A stretch of DNA of 62,627 nucleotides, filler included, from Gemmatimonadota bacterium (GTDB lineage Bacteria; 4572-55; J002), in NCBI GenBank assembly GCA_003697105.1. It is 4 parts of 4 records of this genome, joined end to end, with 100 filler letters (N's around TTAATTAATTAA, not from the genome) between each part and the next. Parts side by side here need not be neighbours in the genome. Positions count along the whole stretch, not along the records: positions 1 to 21,032 come from RFFQ01000106.1; positions 21,133 to 34,093 come from RFFQ01000107.1; 2 more parts are not named here. The stretch is one strand, 5' to 3'. The translations under genes and the position numbers were made by a program. Below are positions 18,316-28,508 of the stretch, one piece after another; position 1 is the first letter of the stretch; each line of letters begins with the position of its first letter. Below the pieces are notes generated by a model that was not told the origin of the DNA, did not search any database, and saw nothing but the letters and a program-made list of their open reading frames with translations.

Positions 18316-18332
18316 CGCAAAAGTGACGCCAA
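18316..18332 (-). promoter_or_regulatory. Sigma54 (-24/-12) promoter of the tatA-porin-arr operon
   Basis: Minus strand TTGGCGTCACTTTTGCG = GG-N10-GC with TGGC and TTGC; about 60 bp upstream of tatA, just downstream of a sigma54 activator gene. Confidence 0.75.
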
Positions 18333-18394
18333 AAGCATAACGGTCTTATAGGGCATAGAATAGGCATTCGGAAGTGGCGGGTGCGAACAATTTA

Positions 18395-18430
18395 GATGAA
18401 ATTTCACCCATCGAGCGATGAAATTTCATC
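18395..18430. promoter_or_regulatory. Tandem palindromic upstream activator sites (GATGAAATTTCATC)
   Basis: GATGAAATTTCACC at 18395-18408 and perfect palindrome GATGAAATTTCATC at 18417-18430, 22-bp period. Confidence 0.6.
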
Positions 18431-19769
18431 TAATATTGAATTTAGCGAGTTTACTTTTGAGGGTCGGTAAGGGGATACCGAGTAATTCCGCCATGCGGGT
18501 TTTACTACCGCCGGTACGGTGGCTGGCTTCGACTAAAATATCATGCTCGACTTGGTACAAATACTCCGGTAACGGTTGGTTGCCCCATTGGTATTGGGCT
18601 GATTTTTCGCTAAATTCGCGGATATTTGCCGGCAGATAACATTTGTCGATATACCCATCTTTACTGAGCAAGACCAGCCGTTCTATCACGTGTTCTAGCT
18701 CTCGAATATTGCCGTCCCAATCATAGGCTAAAAAGTAATCCATCACTTCCGGAGCTAATACCATAGAATGGTCGGGGTTGTATTTGTTCAGGAAGTAGTT
18801 TACTAACAGCGGAATATCTTCTTTTCGTTCTTTTAGGGAGGGTAAATAGATGGGCATGACATTAAGGCGATAAAACAGGTCTCGCCGGAAAGTACCGGCT
18901 TCTATTGCCGCTCGTAAGTCCTTTTTACTCGCCGCAATAATGCGAACATCCACTTTTAAGGTAGATTCACCGCCAACCCGCTCAAACATTCCGGTTTCAA
19001 TCACTTGCAGAAGTTTCACTTGTGTTTCCAAGGGAATGTCATCGACTTCATCCAAAAAGAGGGTACCCCCATCGGCAAGTTCAAATCGTCCCTTTTTCTG
19101 TTTAATCGCGCCGGTAAACGATCCCTTTTCGTGCCCGAATAGCTCAGATTCCAGTAATTCGCGGGAAAGGGCGGCACAACTGATGGTGACAAAGGGCTTG
19201 TTTGCGCGTGGGCTGTTATAATGAATTGTTTGGGCGATCAACCCTTTACCGGTGCCGGTATCTCCGGTAATCAACACGGAAATATCCGACTGGCTGACCA
19301 CGTGGAGCAGTTCAAAAACTTGGCGCATGGGCTTGGAGTCACCCACAATATTGTCAAATTGATACTGTTGGGAGAGTTGCTTTTTCAGGCTTTCATTTTC
19401 ACGGCGGAGGCGGATGGTTTCCGTGGTATTGTGGATGATGTGATGGAGATGCTCCATCGAGAAAGGCTTAATCAGGTAATCTAATGCGCCTTTTTTGAGG
19501 GTTTGAATGGCGGACTCTATGGTCGCATTGGCGGTGATCAGGATGAATTGAGTTGTGGGCTGTTCTTGTTGGATGAAATCGAGTACATCGGCGCCACTCA
19601 CATTGCCCATCACCAAATCACAAATGACCAGATCAATGGGACGTTTTTTTAGCAGCTCAATTGCCGCTTCGCCAGATGCCGCTGTTTGTACCTGATAACC
19701 CATTTCCTCCAGTTCATCGGCTAAGGCAAGCCGGACACTTTTTTCATCATCTACGACTAAGATATTCAT
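18426..19769 (-). CDS. Sigma54-dependent response regulator (NtrC/AtoC family; ArrR/AioR-like)
   Basis: Receiver domain ILVVDDE...DLVM; AAA+ motifs GDTGTGKG, ELFGHEKGSFTGA, GGTLFLDEV, FRRDLFYRLNV, GNIRELEH; C-terminal HTH. Confidence 0.92.
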   Translation of the reverse strand: MNILVVDDEKSVRLALADELEEMGYQVQTAASGEAAIELLKKRPIDLVICDLVMGNVSGADVLDFIQQEQPTTQFILITANATIESAIQTLKKGALDYLIKPFSMEHLHHIIHNTTETIRLRRENESLKKQLSQQYQFDNIVGDSKPMRQVFELLHVVSQSDISVLITGDTGTGKGLIAQTIHYNSPRANKPFVTISCAALSRELLESELFGHEKGSFTGAIKQKKGRFELADGGTLFLDEVDDIPLETQVKLLQVIETGMFERVGGESTLKVDVRIIAASKKDLRAAIEAGTFRRDLFYRLNVMPIYLPSLKERKEDIPLLVNYFLNKYNPDHSMVLAPEVMDYFLAYDWDGNIRELEHVIERLVLLSKDGYIDKCYLPANIREFSEKSAQYQWGNQPLPEYLYQVEHDILVEASHRTGGSKTRMAELLGIPLPTLKSKLAKFNIR

Positions 19770-21031
19770 GACCCACCCTCTAATGGCAATAAAATTGTGA
19801 CGGTTGTGCCTTTTTTTTCTAGGGAATCAACAAAAATTGTGCCACCGTGTGTCGTAATGATATTGTAGCTCACATACATCCCTAAACCGGTGCCTTTGTT
19901 CCCTTTAGTGGTGTAAAATGGGTCAAAAATATGGTTTAGGACCTCGCGACTCATGCCTTTTCCGTTATCCTGAAGTTGTAATTTTGCTTGTTGTGGGGTG
20001 TGATGTAACTCAATGCAGATTTCACCTGATTTGCCCATCGCATCAATGGAGTTCAGTATACAATTAACAATCACTTGCGCCAATTGACCTTTCGCACCCA
20101 TAAAATAGACCGGTGTTTCGGGTAACCGGGTGGTAAGTTGAATCTGATTTTTTTCCAGACGGTACTGAACCAACCGTAAGGCGAAGGTGATTGCCCCCCG
20201 CAGATCAAATCGTTCATGTTTAAAAGCGTTCTGGTGGGCGTAGTCTAACAAGTTGTTAACAATATCTTTGATGTGATTTGCCGATTCCGCAATCAAGTGG
20301 ACGTATTCGGTTACTTTTTCATCCAGTTGATCGGGGTGTTTTAACAACCGGTAGGCACACAATTCGATTCCAGCTACCGGATTATTGATCTCATGCGCGA
20401 CACCGGAGGCTAAAATACCGATACTGGCCAGTTTTTCGGTCTCCACGATTTTGGCTTGGGTGATTTTGTCGGCTTGATCTTGGGCGGTAATTCGTTCCAT
20501 CATTGCCAAAACACCCTCTTTAAGGAGCATCATTTCATCGTTAAAATAGATATTGATTTCGGGTAACGGTTTTCCTGGATCGAAGTTATTCACGCCTTCC
20601 AATATTTGGTAGACCGGTTGGGTGACGAAATACGCCGCGCCAATCGCACCTGCAATACCAAATATCAGGAAAAGAAAAATCATCCCACTTAAAATAAAAG
20701 TGATCTTTTTTTCTTTATTCAAAATAGCGGTATCATTTAGCCCTAAAGTGACATAGCCCAATTTACCACCAAACAACGGGTTGGTGTACTGTCGAATAAG
20801 GATGTGGCGGTCTTTATCGGTATATAATTGTGGATTTGGTGTGGTATTCGGGGACCTTAGAAGAGTGGGGATTCGGTTTTTCTCAAATGTGTGCCCAATA
20901 ATAGCGTTGTGTTTATCATAAACGACAATATGTAAGATGTCGGGATCGGCTTCTTTTAGTCTAGTGACAAAGCGGTTGATCGTGACATAATCTTCGGTAA
21001 TGACTGCATTTACCACATTTTCAGTTAAAAT
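19766..21031 (-). CDS. Sensor histidine kinase (ArrS/AioS-like), 5'-truncated at the contig end
   Basis: TM + HAMP; EKLASIGILASGVAHEINNP H-box; N, G1 (DNGKG), F (FDPFYTTK) and G2 boxes; frame stays open to the gap. Confidence 0.9.
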   Translation of the reverse strand: MLTENVVNAVITEDYVTINRFVTRLKEADPDILHIVVYDKHNAIIGHTFEKNRIPTLLRSPNTTPNPQLYTDKDRHILIRQYTNPLFGGKLGYVTLGLNDTAILNKEKKITFILSGMIFLFLIFGIAGAIGAAYFVTQPVYQILEGVNNFDPGKPLPEINIYFNDEMMLLKEGVLAMMERITAQDQADKITQAKIVETEKLASIGILASGVAHEINNPVAGIELCAYRLLKHPDQLDEKVTEYVHLIAESANHIKDIVNNLLDYAHQNAFKHERFDLRGAITFALRLVQYRLEKNQIQLTTRLPETPVYFMGAKGQLAQVIVNCILNSIDAMGKSGEICIELHHTPQQAKLQLQDNGKGMSREVLNHIFDPFYTTKGNKGTGLGMYVSYNIITTHGGTIFVDSLEKKGTTVTILLPLEGGS

Positions 21032-21032
21032 C

Positions 21033-21132
21033 NNNNNNNNNNNNNNNNNNNNNNNNNNNNNNNNNNNNNNNNNNNNTTAATTAATTAANNNNNNNNNNNN
21101 NNNNNNNNNNNNNNNNNNNNNNNNNNNNNNNN
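21033..21132. other. Artificial contig-joining spacer
   Basis: N-run, TTAATTAATTAA (stops in all six frames), N-run. Confidence 0.97.
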
Positions 21133-22911
21133 GACGGCTCGAATCTGATTTTCTCGATTCTCTCCAACAGCAACGCCACGCTCGTCACACCCACCATTGA
21201 CGCGGCGGATAGCACGCTGGATTTCAGTTTCGGGGCGAATGAGAACGGCACGGCGGAAATCGTGATTCAAGCGCAGGATTCGGGCGGGTTGACCGTCACC
21301 GATACGCTGGTGGTGACGGTCAATTCCGTAATCGATGCACCGGTCGTCAATACGCTGAGTGCCGATCTGGTGGGTATCAGCACTGCCCGGCTGAATGGTG
21401 AGGTGAATCCGGATAATGACCCGGCAACCGTCGTTTTTGAATATGGATTGACAGCCAGTTACGGCGATTCTGCTATTGCCGATCAAAGTCCGGTGAATGG
21501 TTCAAGCCTGCAACGTGTCAGCGTAAACCTGAGCACATTGATACCGGATACCACCTATCATTTCAGAGTAAAAGCGACGAACAGCGCCGGGACGAGTTTT
21601 GGAAACGATTCTACATTTACGACGCAAGCGGCAAATTGTGCGATCACGGTGACCAATACCAATGATAGTGGAATTGGCTCTTTACGGTGGGCATTGCAAA
21701 GTGTTTGTGATGGGGGCACCATCACGTTTAATATTGCAGGTACTGGTTCTCCTCACATAATAACCTTAACTAGCAGTTCATTAACGGTTGGTAATAATGT
21801 AACAATTTCCGGCGCAGATACAGATGGTGACAGCATCAAAATTAGCGGGAACAATGCTCGCCGGATATTTATTGTGAATCCGGGTGTAATGGCAACTTTG
21901 GAGAATCTGTCTCTTATCAATGGGAATGCTGGCGGATTTGCCAGTGGCGGAGCAATTCAAAATGCAGGTGATTTAACCGTCAACAACGTTATTTTCCATT
22001 CAAATACCGCGACGGCCGACGGCGGCGGAATTATAAACACGGGCGGTACATTGAATGTCAACAATTCCTCTTTTATAAACAACCATGCGGATTACGACGG
22101 TGGCGGTATCCGGGTCAATAATGGGACGGTTCGCATCAATGGGTCTCTGTTTACCGGTAATAGTAGCGGTTTTAGTGGCGCGGCACTCCGGCGGGTTGGT
22201 GGCACGCTAACCGTACGAAACAGCACCTTATCCAGTAATAATGCCGGTATGAACGGCGGCGGTGTCGAAGGAACGAGTACCTTCATCAACTGTACCATTT
22301 TTGGAAATTCTGCGGTAAGCAATGGCGGCGGTGTGTATTCGGGGATTACGCTGGGGAATTCGATTGTGTACAGTAATACGGCCGGTTCTTCCGGACCGAA
22401 TATTCAGGGTTCATTTACGAGTCTGGGCTACAACCTGATTGGGGATGTCAGCGGCGCGTCCGGTTTTACCGGTACGGACATCACGGGCAGTGATCCGCTT
22501 CTGGATCCACTGGCTGATAATGGTGGGTCAACGTTGACCCATGCCTTACAAGTGGGTAGCCCGGCAATTGATGCTGGGACCCGATCCGGTGCCTTGGGTC
22601 ACGATCAGCGCGGGTATTTGCGCATCGGTGCGGTGGACATCGGCGCATACGAAGTTTCCGGTGTACTACCGGATAAAGTTTGGACTGGTGAAGTGAATAA
22701 TTTGTGGAGCAACCCGGCAAATTGGTCACCACCCGGCGTGCCGTACCTTACGGATATTATTTATGTGCCCGGTGGGCATACGGTGCTTATTAATACCGGT
22801 ACGGTCACGGTGGATAAAGTTTACATTGATGTGGAAAATAGCGGTAAGATTCAGACCAATACGACTAATGGTGCCCAACTCCGAACTGGCGGATCGACGA
22901 TTCCGCAATAA
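21133..22911 (+). CDS. Secreted protein, 5'-truncated: cadherin/Ig-like, FN3-like, and beta-helix (choice-of-anchor-Q-like) domains
   Basis: Frame open from the contig edge; [16 protein letters not shown], repeated [37 protein letters not shown]...DQRG...DIGAYE. Confidence 0.75.
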   Translation, partial: DGSNLIFSILSNSNATLVTPTIDAADSTLDFSFGANENGTAEIVIQAQDSGGLTVTDTLVVTVNSVIDAPVVNTLSADLVGISTARLNGEVNPDNDPATVVFEYGLTASYGDSAIADQSPVNGSSLQRVSVNLSTLIPDTTYHFRVKATNSAGTSFGNDSTFTTQAANCAITVTNTNDSGIGSLRWALQSVCDGGTITFNIAGTGSPHIITLTSSSLTVGNNVTISGADTDGDSIKISGNNARRIFIVNPGVMATLENLSLINGNAGGFASGGAIQNAGDLTVNNVIFHSNTATADGGGIINTGGTLNVNNSSFINNHADYDGGGIRVNNGTVRINGSLFTGNSSGFSGAALRRVGGTLTVRNSTLSSNNAGMNGGGVEGTSTFINCTIFGNSAVSNGGGVYSGITLGNSIVYSNTAGSSGPNIQGSFTSLGYNLIGDVSGASGFTGTDITGSDPLLDPLADNGGSTLTHALQVGSPAIDAGTRSGALGHDQRGYLRIGAVDIGAYEVSGVLPDKVWTGEVNNLWSNPANWSPPGVPYLTDIIYVPGGHTVLINTGTVTVDKVYIDVENSGKIQTNTTNGAQLRTGGSTIPQ

Positions 22912-22935
22912 TACGCTTCTCTTTTTCGTACTCCC

Positions 22936-22971
22936 AAAGATTCCATCTTGCCAATAGATGGAATCTTTTTT
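22936..22971 (+). terminator. Intrinsic terminator
   Basis: AAAGATTCCATCT-loop-AGATGGAATCTTT followed by a T-run. Confidence 0.75.
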
Positions 22972-23022
22972 ATGTTGGGGGCAAAGTGCATCGTGTTTGA
23001 CCCTAAATTTGTGGAGGATAGA

Positions 23023-23622
23023 ATGGATTGGTCGGATTATTTTTACACCGGTGAGTATATTGAAATCCCTCATCAATTTTATTCAGATTTGACCGAAAAG
23101 CCGTTTACACACTGTATCGAATGTGGGCAACCATTGGGTGAACCCGGTATTCAGTATATCATTGAAAAAGCCATCAAAAACTATCCCGGCCAGCAGATGA
23201 CGGATACCTTGTTTGAGTATGCCATGTGTCTGGATTGCTATTGGGAGATGGCGCAATCGCTCTCCCAACTTTCGCAGGAACGCATTGCCGCCTATTTTGA
23301 ACAACGGGTTGATTTAGTCCTGCGGCGGCAACAGTTGGCGCAACTGGGGTTTGAGCGGATTGAGCCGTGGATTTCCAACTGTGTGATTACCGGCAAACCG
23401 GCGTCTGAAACATCAGAATATCAAATTATTGGGCAGTTTGATGGTCCGCATCTGCTTTACACCTATCTGCCGTTCATGATTAGCGGAGACGTGATGGAAG
23501 ATGTCGCAAAATTGCTTTCCGCGGAGACTCGCCGTGAGTTGGATAATTTCGGCGAACGCCACTTTGGACCTCCGCCCGAAGTGAAAAAAATATTGAACCG
23601 CGGTCCGTTGGTGATGATTTGA
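23023..23622 (+). CDS. Hypothetical protein with two CxxC motifs
   Basis: RBS GGAGGA; CIEC and CLDC motifs; start reassigned to MDWSDY. Confidence 0.65.
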   Translation: MDWSDYFYTGEYIEIPHQFYSDLTEKPFTHCIECGQPLGEPGIQYIIEKAIKNYPGQQMTDTLFEYAMCLDCYWEMAQSLSQLSQERIAAYFEQRVDLVLRRQQLAQLGFERIEPWISNCVITGKPASETSEYQIIGQFDGPHLLYTYLPFMISGDVMEDVAKLLSAETRRELDNFGERHFGPPPEVKKILNRGPLVMI

Positions 23623-23823
23623 GCCGTTGGCAGTAAACTGGAGAACCTCACAGGGCTCATAAGACTCACAAAAATCTGGCGATTTTCAACGGTAGGGAGG
23701 TGCACTTGGGTGATCCATTGTAACGGTTTTGCTCAAACTTGATTGATATTTCTTCTGTATGATGCGATACTTACCGGTGCTGAGTATCGCTTTTTTTGTA
23801 TGTGTGGAATATGGGGAGTACGC

Positions 23824-26049
23824 ATGGCAGAACATTTACAAGAAATTTTCAAGAAAAAAATAGTTCCGGTGACGTTTGAGCGCTCTATCGGGTTATTTGG
23901 TGCGACCACCATCGGGGTAGGAGCGTTGATGGGCGCAGGTGTGTACGTGCTGATTGGGTTGGCGGCAGAACAAGCGGGACCCTCGGTCTGGCTGTCCTAC
24001 ACCGTTTGCGGAGCGTTGGCGTTTTTAACCACCCTAATGTTTGCTGAGTTTGCCCGGCGGATCCCCAAAGCCGGGGGGGGCTACGTGTATGCGTACGATG
24101 TACTCGGTAGTGTGGGAGGCTTCATCACCGGCTGGTTTTTGGCATTAGGTAGCGTGTTCGCTTGCGGGTTGTACGCTATTGGTTTTGCGAAGTATTCCAT
24201 CTCGGTTTTGGGCTATGATGTGCATGCGTTTGGGGTCAAACTGATTGCGATAGGGGCAGTGTTGGTTTCCATGCTGATAAACTCACGTGGCACCAAAGGA
24301 GCGGATAAAATTCAAAACTTCCTGACATGGGGAAATCTGGCGATTTTAGCCGTGTTAATTTTCGCCTCGTTGTTTCACTTGGATTTCCGGAATGCCACCC
24401 CGATGTTCCCACGAGGACTTGCCGGCACCGGCTCTGCAATTTCGATTATCTATATCTCCTTTTTCGGCTACCAGTTGATCGCCAACAATGCCGATGAGAT
24501 CATCGAACCGGCGAAAACCGTGCCCAAAGCCATGATGCTGGCGATGGGCATCAGTTTTACTTTTTATTTGCTGATTGCGGTGGTTGCGGTTTTGGTGGTG
24601 CCATGGCAGGAACTGGCGGCTTCCAATGCCCCGCTGGTGGTTGTGGCAAGTAAAAGTTTCGGTTCGGCGGGTTGGTTGCTGATCTCGTTCGGAGGGATAT
24701 TAGCCTCAGCGGGAGCCCTCAATAGTACGTTACTCTCCAAAGGGCGGCAAATTTACGCGATGGGCAACCATCACTTTTTGCCCCGTATCTTGGGACGAAT
24801 CCACGAGGCAAAAAAGACTCCGCAAGCCGCGCTCTATGCCGGCGGGTTGCTGATCATGCTGATGTTGCTCGTTTTTGATTTAGGATTTATTGCTAAATCC
24901 GCAAATTTTTGTTTGCTGGCATCGTTGTTACCCATCTCGCTGGCGTTGCGCAAACTTTACCGGGACTATCCAGAGCACCGTCCGGCGTCGTTTTTCCGGC
25001 GTCGCTTGCCAGAAGCGGCGCTAATCGCTAATGTCGGCTTGCTGTTCACTCTGGATTGGCTCTCGCTAATGTTTGGTGTTCAACTGGCGGGTATTGGCGC
25101 GGTGGTCTATTTTGTCTATTCGCGCAAGCGCGAGATTCGCACCCGCGACGGCATGAACATCGTATTAGCAGAGCCCGAAAAAAAACCGCTGCTCCGCCTC
25201 AGCACCGGCACCCGGATTTTAGTTCCGATGGCAAATCCCAAAACCCAACAGGCGATTTTCTCCGTCTCCGATGCGATGCTCGCCCACCAAGAAGGCGGGG
25301 AAATTATTGTGCTGTCAGTGGTCAATGCGCCGGAGCAGGTCAGCTTTTATGCGGCACTCTCCAATGCGGATTACGCGCTGGAGATTATCGAACGTAGTGC
25401 CGCACTGGCAAAGCTGACCAAAGTCCCCGTCAAACCCATTATCCGGGCGTCACGAAGTATCCCGCGCGGAATTGTTCATGCGGCAGAAGAGGAAAATTGT
25501 AATCTGATTGTAATGGGCTACGCTGGGACGAATCCGACCAAATCCGCCAGTTTGATGGAGGAGGTGTTACACCACACCCATACGGACACTATTTTTATTA
25601 AATTGAAAAGGCTAGATGATTATTTTGCACCTAAACGGATTGCCGTTTCGTTGGGCGGGCGGTTCAATCTCAATTTGCAGCTCATGGTGCAACTTGCCGG
25701 TAATTTAGCCGATTATTTCGGGGGGGAGATTACGTTCCTCAACATCTTACCGACCGATTTTACCCCCGATCAAAAAGCGCAGACCGATAAAGCGTTTATC
25801 GAAGCGTTACAGCAGGATCACTCGCGGGCACTATACAACATTCAGGTGCTTGCTTCGGACGAACCGCTGGAAACGCTGGTGGAAAAATCCACCGAATTCG
25901 ACCTGCTGATTGTCGGAACTACGAAAGTCGCTATGCTGGAACAGGCGGTCGTGGGAAGTTTTGCCACCCAAATTGCCGAACGTTCGCACTGTTCCGTCGC
26001 TATTGTGCGCGTTGTACCTACCCCGGAGAAGATCATCAAGAAGATTTAG
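23824..26049 (+). CDS. APC-family amino acid permease fused to universal stress protein domains
   Basis: GALMGAGVY, AGGGYVY, about 12 TMs; C-terminal RILVPMANP and GSFATQIAERSHCSVAIVR USP motifs. Confidence 0.88.
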   Translation: MAEHLQEIFKKKIVPVTFERSIGLFGATTIGVGALMGAGVYVLIGLAAEQAGPSVWLSYTVCGALAFLTTLMFAEFARRIPKAGGGYVYAYDVLGSVGGFITGWFLALGSVFACGLYAIGFAKYSISVLGYDVHAFGVKLIAIGAVLVSMLINSRGTKGADKIQNFLTWGNLAILAVLIFASLFHLDFRNATPMFPRGLAGTGSAISIIYISFFGYQLIANNADEIIEPAKTVPKAMMLAMGISFTFYLLIAVVAVLVVPWQELAASNAPLVVVASKSFGSAGWLLISFGGILASAGALNSTLLSKGRQIYAMGNHHFLPRILGRIHEAKKTPQAALYAGGLLIMLMLLVFDLGFIAKSANFCLLASLLPISLALRKLYRDYPEHRPASFFRRRLPEAALIANVGLLFTLDWLSLMFGVQLAGIGAVVYFVYSRKREIRTRDGMNIVLAEPEKKPLLRLSTGTRILVPMANPKTQQAIFSVSDAMLAHQEGGEIIVLSVVNAPEQVSFYAALSNADYALEIIERSAALAKLTKVPVKPIIRASRSIPRGIVHAAEEENCNLIVMGYAGTNPTKSASLMEEVLHHTHTDTIFIKLKRLDDYFAPKRIAVSLGGRFNLNLQLMVQLAGNLADYFGGEITFLNILPTDFTPDQKAQTDKAFIEALQQDHSRALYNIQVLASDEPLETLVEKSTEFDLLIVGTTKVAMLEQAVVGSFATQIAERSHCSVAIVRVVPTPEKIIKKI

Positions 26050-26321
26050 CGGGATTATTCCGTTGAAATTTTGCTGAAATCGGCTATATTTTAGATGGAG
26101 TCTGATTCTTTTTCCGGTTTCCTCACGAGAGTGCACCATGCCTATCCTATTGATTCTTCTTTTTTTATTATCTGCACCGTTCTTCACAAAAGAACTCCCT
26201 ACCGACAGCGCCTGTATCCCGCTGGAGATCGAGACCCAAAGGCTGTGACACTGCTATCTGATAGCGCTTTGCTGTCTCTGCTCCACGATACAGAAAACGA
26301 AAAGAGGGGTGGACTCCAACT

Positions 26322-27638
26322 TTGGGAGATATTGATTTTGGAGCATCTTCCATTGTAGCATTTACTGTACACGGGATGGATTGTCATTACAGCATTTCCT
26401 CGAATGAACTTTACTCCATGATTATCGTTTTTTTAGGGTTGCTCTATTTAGGGGTGTGGATTATGATTTTTAATCTGATCGTTCATCTCACCTTTCGTGG
26501 ATTCTGGATCGGCATTATTGGGTTGGGGTCGGTCTATCCGGATGGGATTCAATATGACCGGCTGAAATATAACGCCAAATTTACCCGCTATTTAAAGAAT
26601 AAAATTCCCAGTTTGGAATCTCTGGCACTAAATCTGGATAAAATTTCCAGCAGTATCTTCAGCTTCACGTTTTTGATCTTTTTTATGTTTATGTCCATCG
26701 GGGTGTTCATTGCTGTATTAGTGGCATTCAACCTAATCATTACCACCATCATCAACATATTTAGCTTGAAAGCGATTGTTTTTGCCGGTCTTTCTTTGGG
26801 ACGGATACTTGCTGCATTGGCGAATTTGGCGTTGATTCTGTTTATTGTGGGTGGTCTTTTGTCCGTAGTAGATTTTCTTTTTCAGGGAATATTTAAACGG
26901 ATTCCATGGCGGTGGTTCGCTGTTCCCTATTTTCATTTGTCCCGATTTTACCGCATCATTTCGTTGGCGTTTATCTACGAAGCTATTTACTATAGTTTGA
27001 TTAGCAATCTTTCTAAAAAAGTAGTTGGGGTTATTCTGATCGGTTATTTGCTGGTGATTTTCTCGGTCTTTAATTTCAGTTACAGCGAATTTATTTATTA
27101 CCCCAGTTTGGGTGATGAGACGACTCCGAGTGTTATGTCTAAGCGGCACTATCAAAACTTTTTACCGAATGATATTCCCTATCTGCTTATCCACCCGGTT
27201 ATCCAGTCCAATATTATTCGCGATGAACCCGTTCAACTGTTTATTCCGTATTTGGTAAGTGATAATGATAGCTTAAAGGCTCGTTGTCCGGATGCCCAAC
27301 CCTTTCGTGAACTGGGGTTCAACAGTAAAAGCAAGTTTAATATAGGGGGTAAAAAGGGTGAACAAACGGGTCTAACTATTTCGACGAATTTACCGAGTCA
27401 CGGGATAGAAAATACAGCGATGGTGCTGGATTGTCTGGCTAATTTCTACACCATCAGTGTGGATGATTCTATCTATACTAACCTCCCGTTTACTTTTTTC
27501 AAACACCCGAATCATAATGAACCCGGTATATTAACCTACATTCCCACCCATCAGATGCCGAAGGGTTATCATATCCTAGCAGTCAAAGCCAACCGTGCGG
27601 ATGCTACACCCAGTTACATCTCTTTTTGGTTGCAGTGA
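26322..27638 (+). CDS. Hypothetical membrane protein, N-terminus possibly frameshifted
   Basis: Multi-TM ORF with HLTFRGFWIGIIGL motif; no convincing start codon or RBS. Confidence 0.55.
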   Translation: MGDIDFGASSIVAFTVHGMDCHYSISSNELYSMIIVFLGLLYLGVWIMIFNLIVHLTFRGFWIGIIGLGSVYPDGIQYDRLKYNAKFTRYLKNKIPSLESLALNLDKISSSIFSFTFLIFFMFMSIGVFIAVLVAFNLIITTIINIFSLKAIVFAGLSLGRILAALANLALILFIVGGLLSVVDFLFQGIFKRIPWRWFAVPYFHLSRFYRIISLAFIYEAIYYSLISNLSKKVVGVILIGYLLVIFSVFNFSYSEFIYYPSLGDETTPSVMSKRHYQNFLPNDIPYLLIHPVIQSNIIRDEPVQLFIPYLVSDNDSLKARCPDAQPFRELGFNSKSKFNIGGKKGEQTGLTISTNLPSHGIENTAMVLDCLANFYTISVDDSIYTNLPFTFFKHPNHNEPGILTYIPTHQMPKGYHILAVKANRADATPSYISFWLQ

Positions 27639-28396
27639 TGCTAGAACTTACTTTTTTTACCTCTGTCCAGCAGTTTCTCATCATCGGTGGGATCATCTTC
27701 CTGAGTCAATTTGTTTATTCTGCTATTGGATTTGGGTCTGGGATGATTGCTATCTCCCTCCTAACGCTTCTCTACGGTCAAATTGATCTGTTTGTGCCCT
27801 TTTTTACCCTGCTGTGCCTACCGGCGGAAGCCTGGATTTCTATCAAAGACCGTCATCAAATCAATTATCAGCACACCTGGATTTTTTTGGTGTTTATCAT
27901 TCCGGCGCTGTTTCTGGGTTCGCTGTTGCTTAAACAGGAATCCAACCAACGTTTACTCCTGCTCTTGGGGGCGGTGATTGTCATTTTTGCGTTGTATTAC
28001 CTCTTTTTTGAAGATCGAATCCGGTTCAATTTGCAACATCGGGGGTGGCTTTTGTTTTTTGGTGTTCTGAGCGGAGTTTTAGGTGGTTTGTTTGCCATCG
28101 GAGGACCTCCCCTCATCTTCTACTTCAAAAGTATTCGGCTTAATAAAACGGAATTTCGGGTAGCGTTGATGAGTATTTTTTTGGCGATGACGATTGCCCG
28201 ATTTGTCATCTATGTGGGTTTGGGGTTTTACTCCGTGCCTATGCTTTGGAGCATGGGATTGACACTCCTGTTTGCGGTTGCCGGTCTGATTGCCGGTCTG
28301 AGATTTCATGATCTGCTCCCTGAAACCCTATTTAAGCGGTTGACGTCGTTTGTCTTATTTATCTCCGGTTTATTGCTTTTCCTCAAAAATTTTTAA
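27638..28396 (+). CDS. TauE/SafE (TSUP) family sulfite exporter-like protein
   Basis: IGFGSGMIA and GVLGGLFAIGGPPL repeat motifs; ATG overlaps the upstream TGA. Confidence 0.85.
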   Translation: MLELTFFTSVQQFLIIGGIIFLSQFVYSAIGFGSGMIAISLLTLLYGQIDLFVPFFTLLCLPAEAWISIKDRHQINYQHTWIFLVFIIPALFLGSLLLKQESNQRLLLLLGAVIVIFALYYLFFEDRIRFNLQHRGWLLFFGVLSGVLGGLFAIGGPPLIFYFKSIRLNKTEFRVALMSIFLAMTIARFVIYVGLGFYSVPMLWSMGLTLLFAVAGLIAGLRFHDLLPETLFKRLTSFVLFISGLLLFLKNF

Positions 28397-28508
28397 AAAT
28401 GTGCTAACCGCTGACTTCACAATTGATTTTCCCGCTGTTTTCAACTATTATCAGGGGGCAGTTAGCAACTCCCAAACTTGTAAAACTCGTAAAACTCATG
28501 GAGGATGT

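Noticed and set aside
21077-21088. TTAATTAATTAA palindrome as a biological site
   Set aside because: Recurs identically inside every N-gap; it is a six-frame-stop assembly linker
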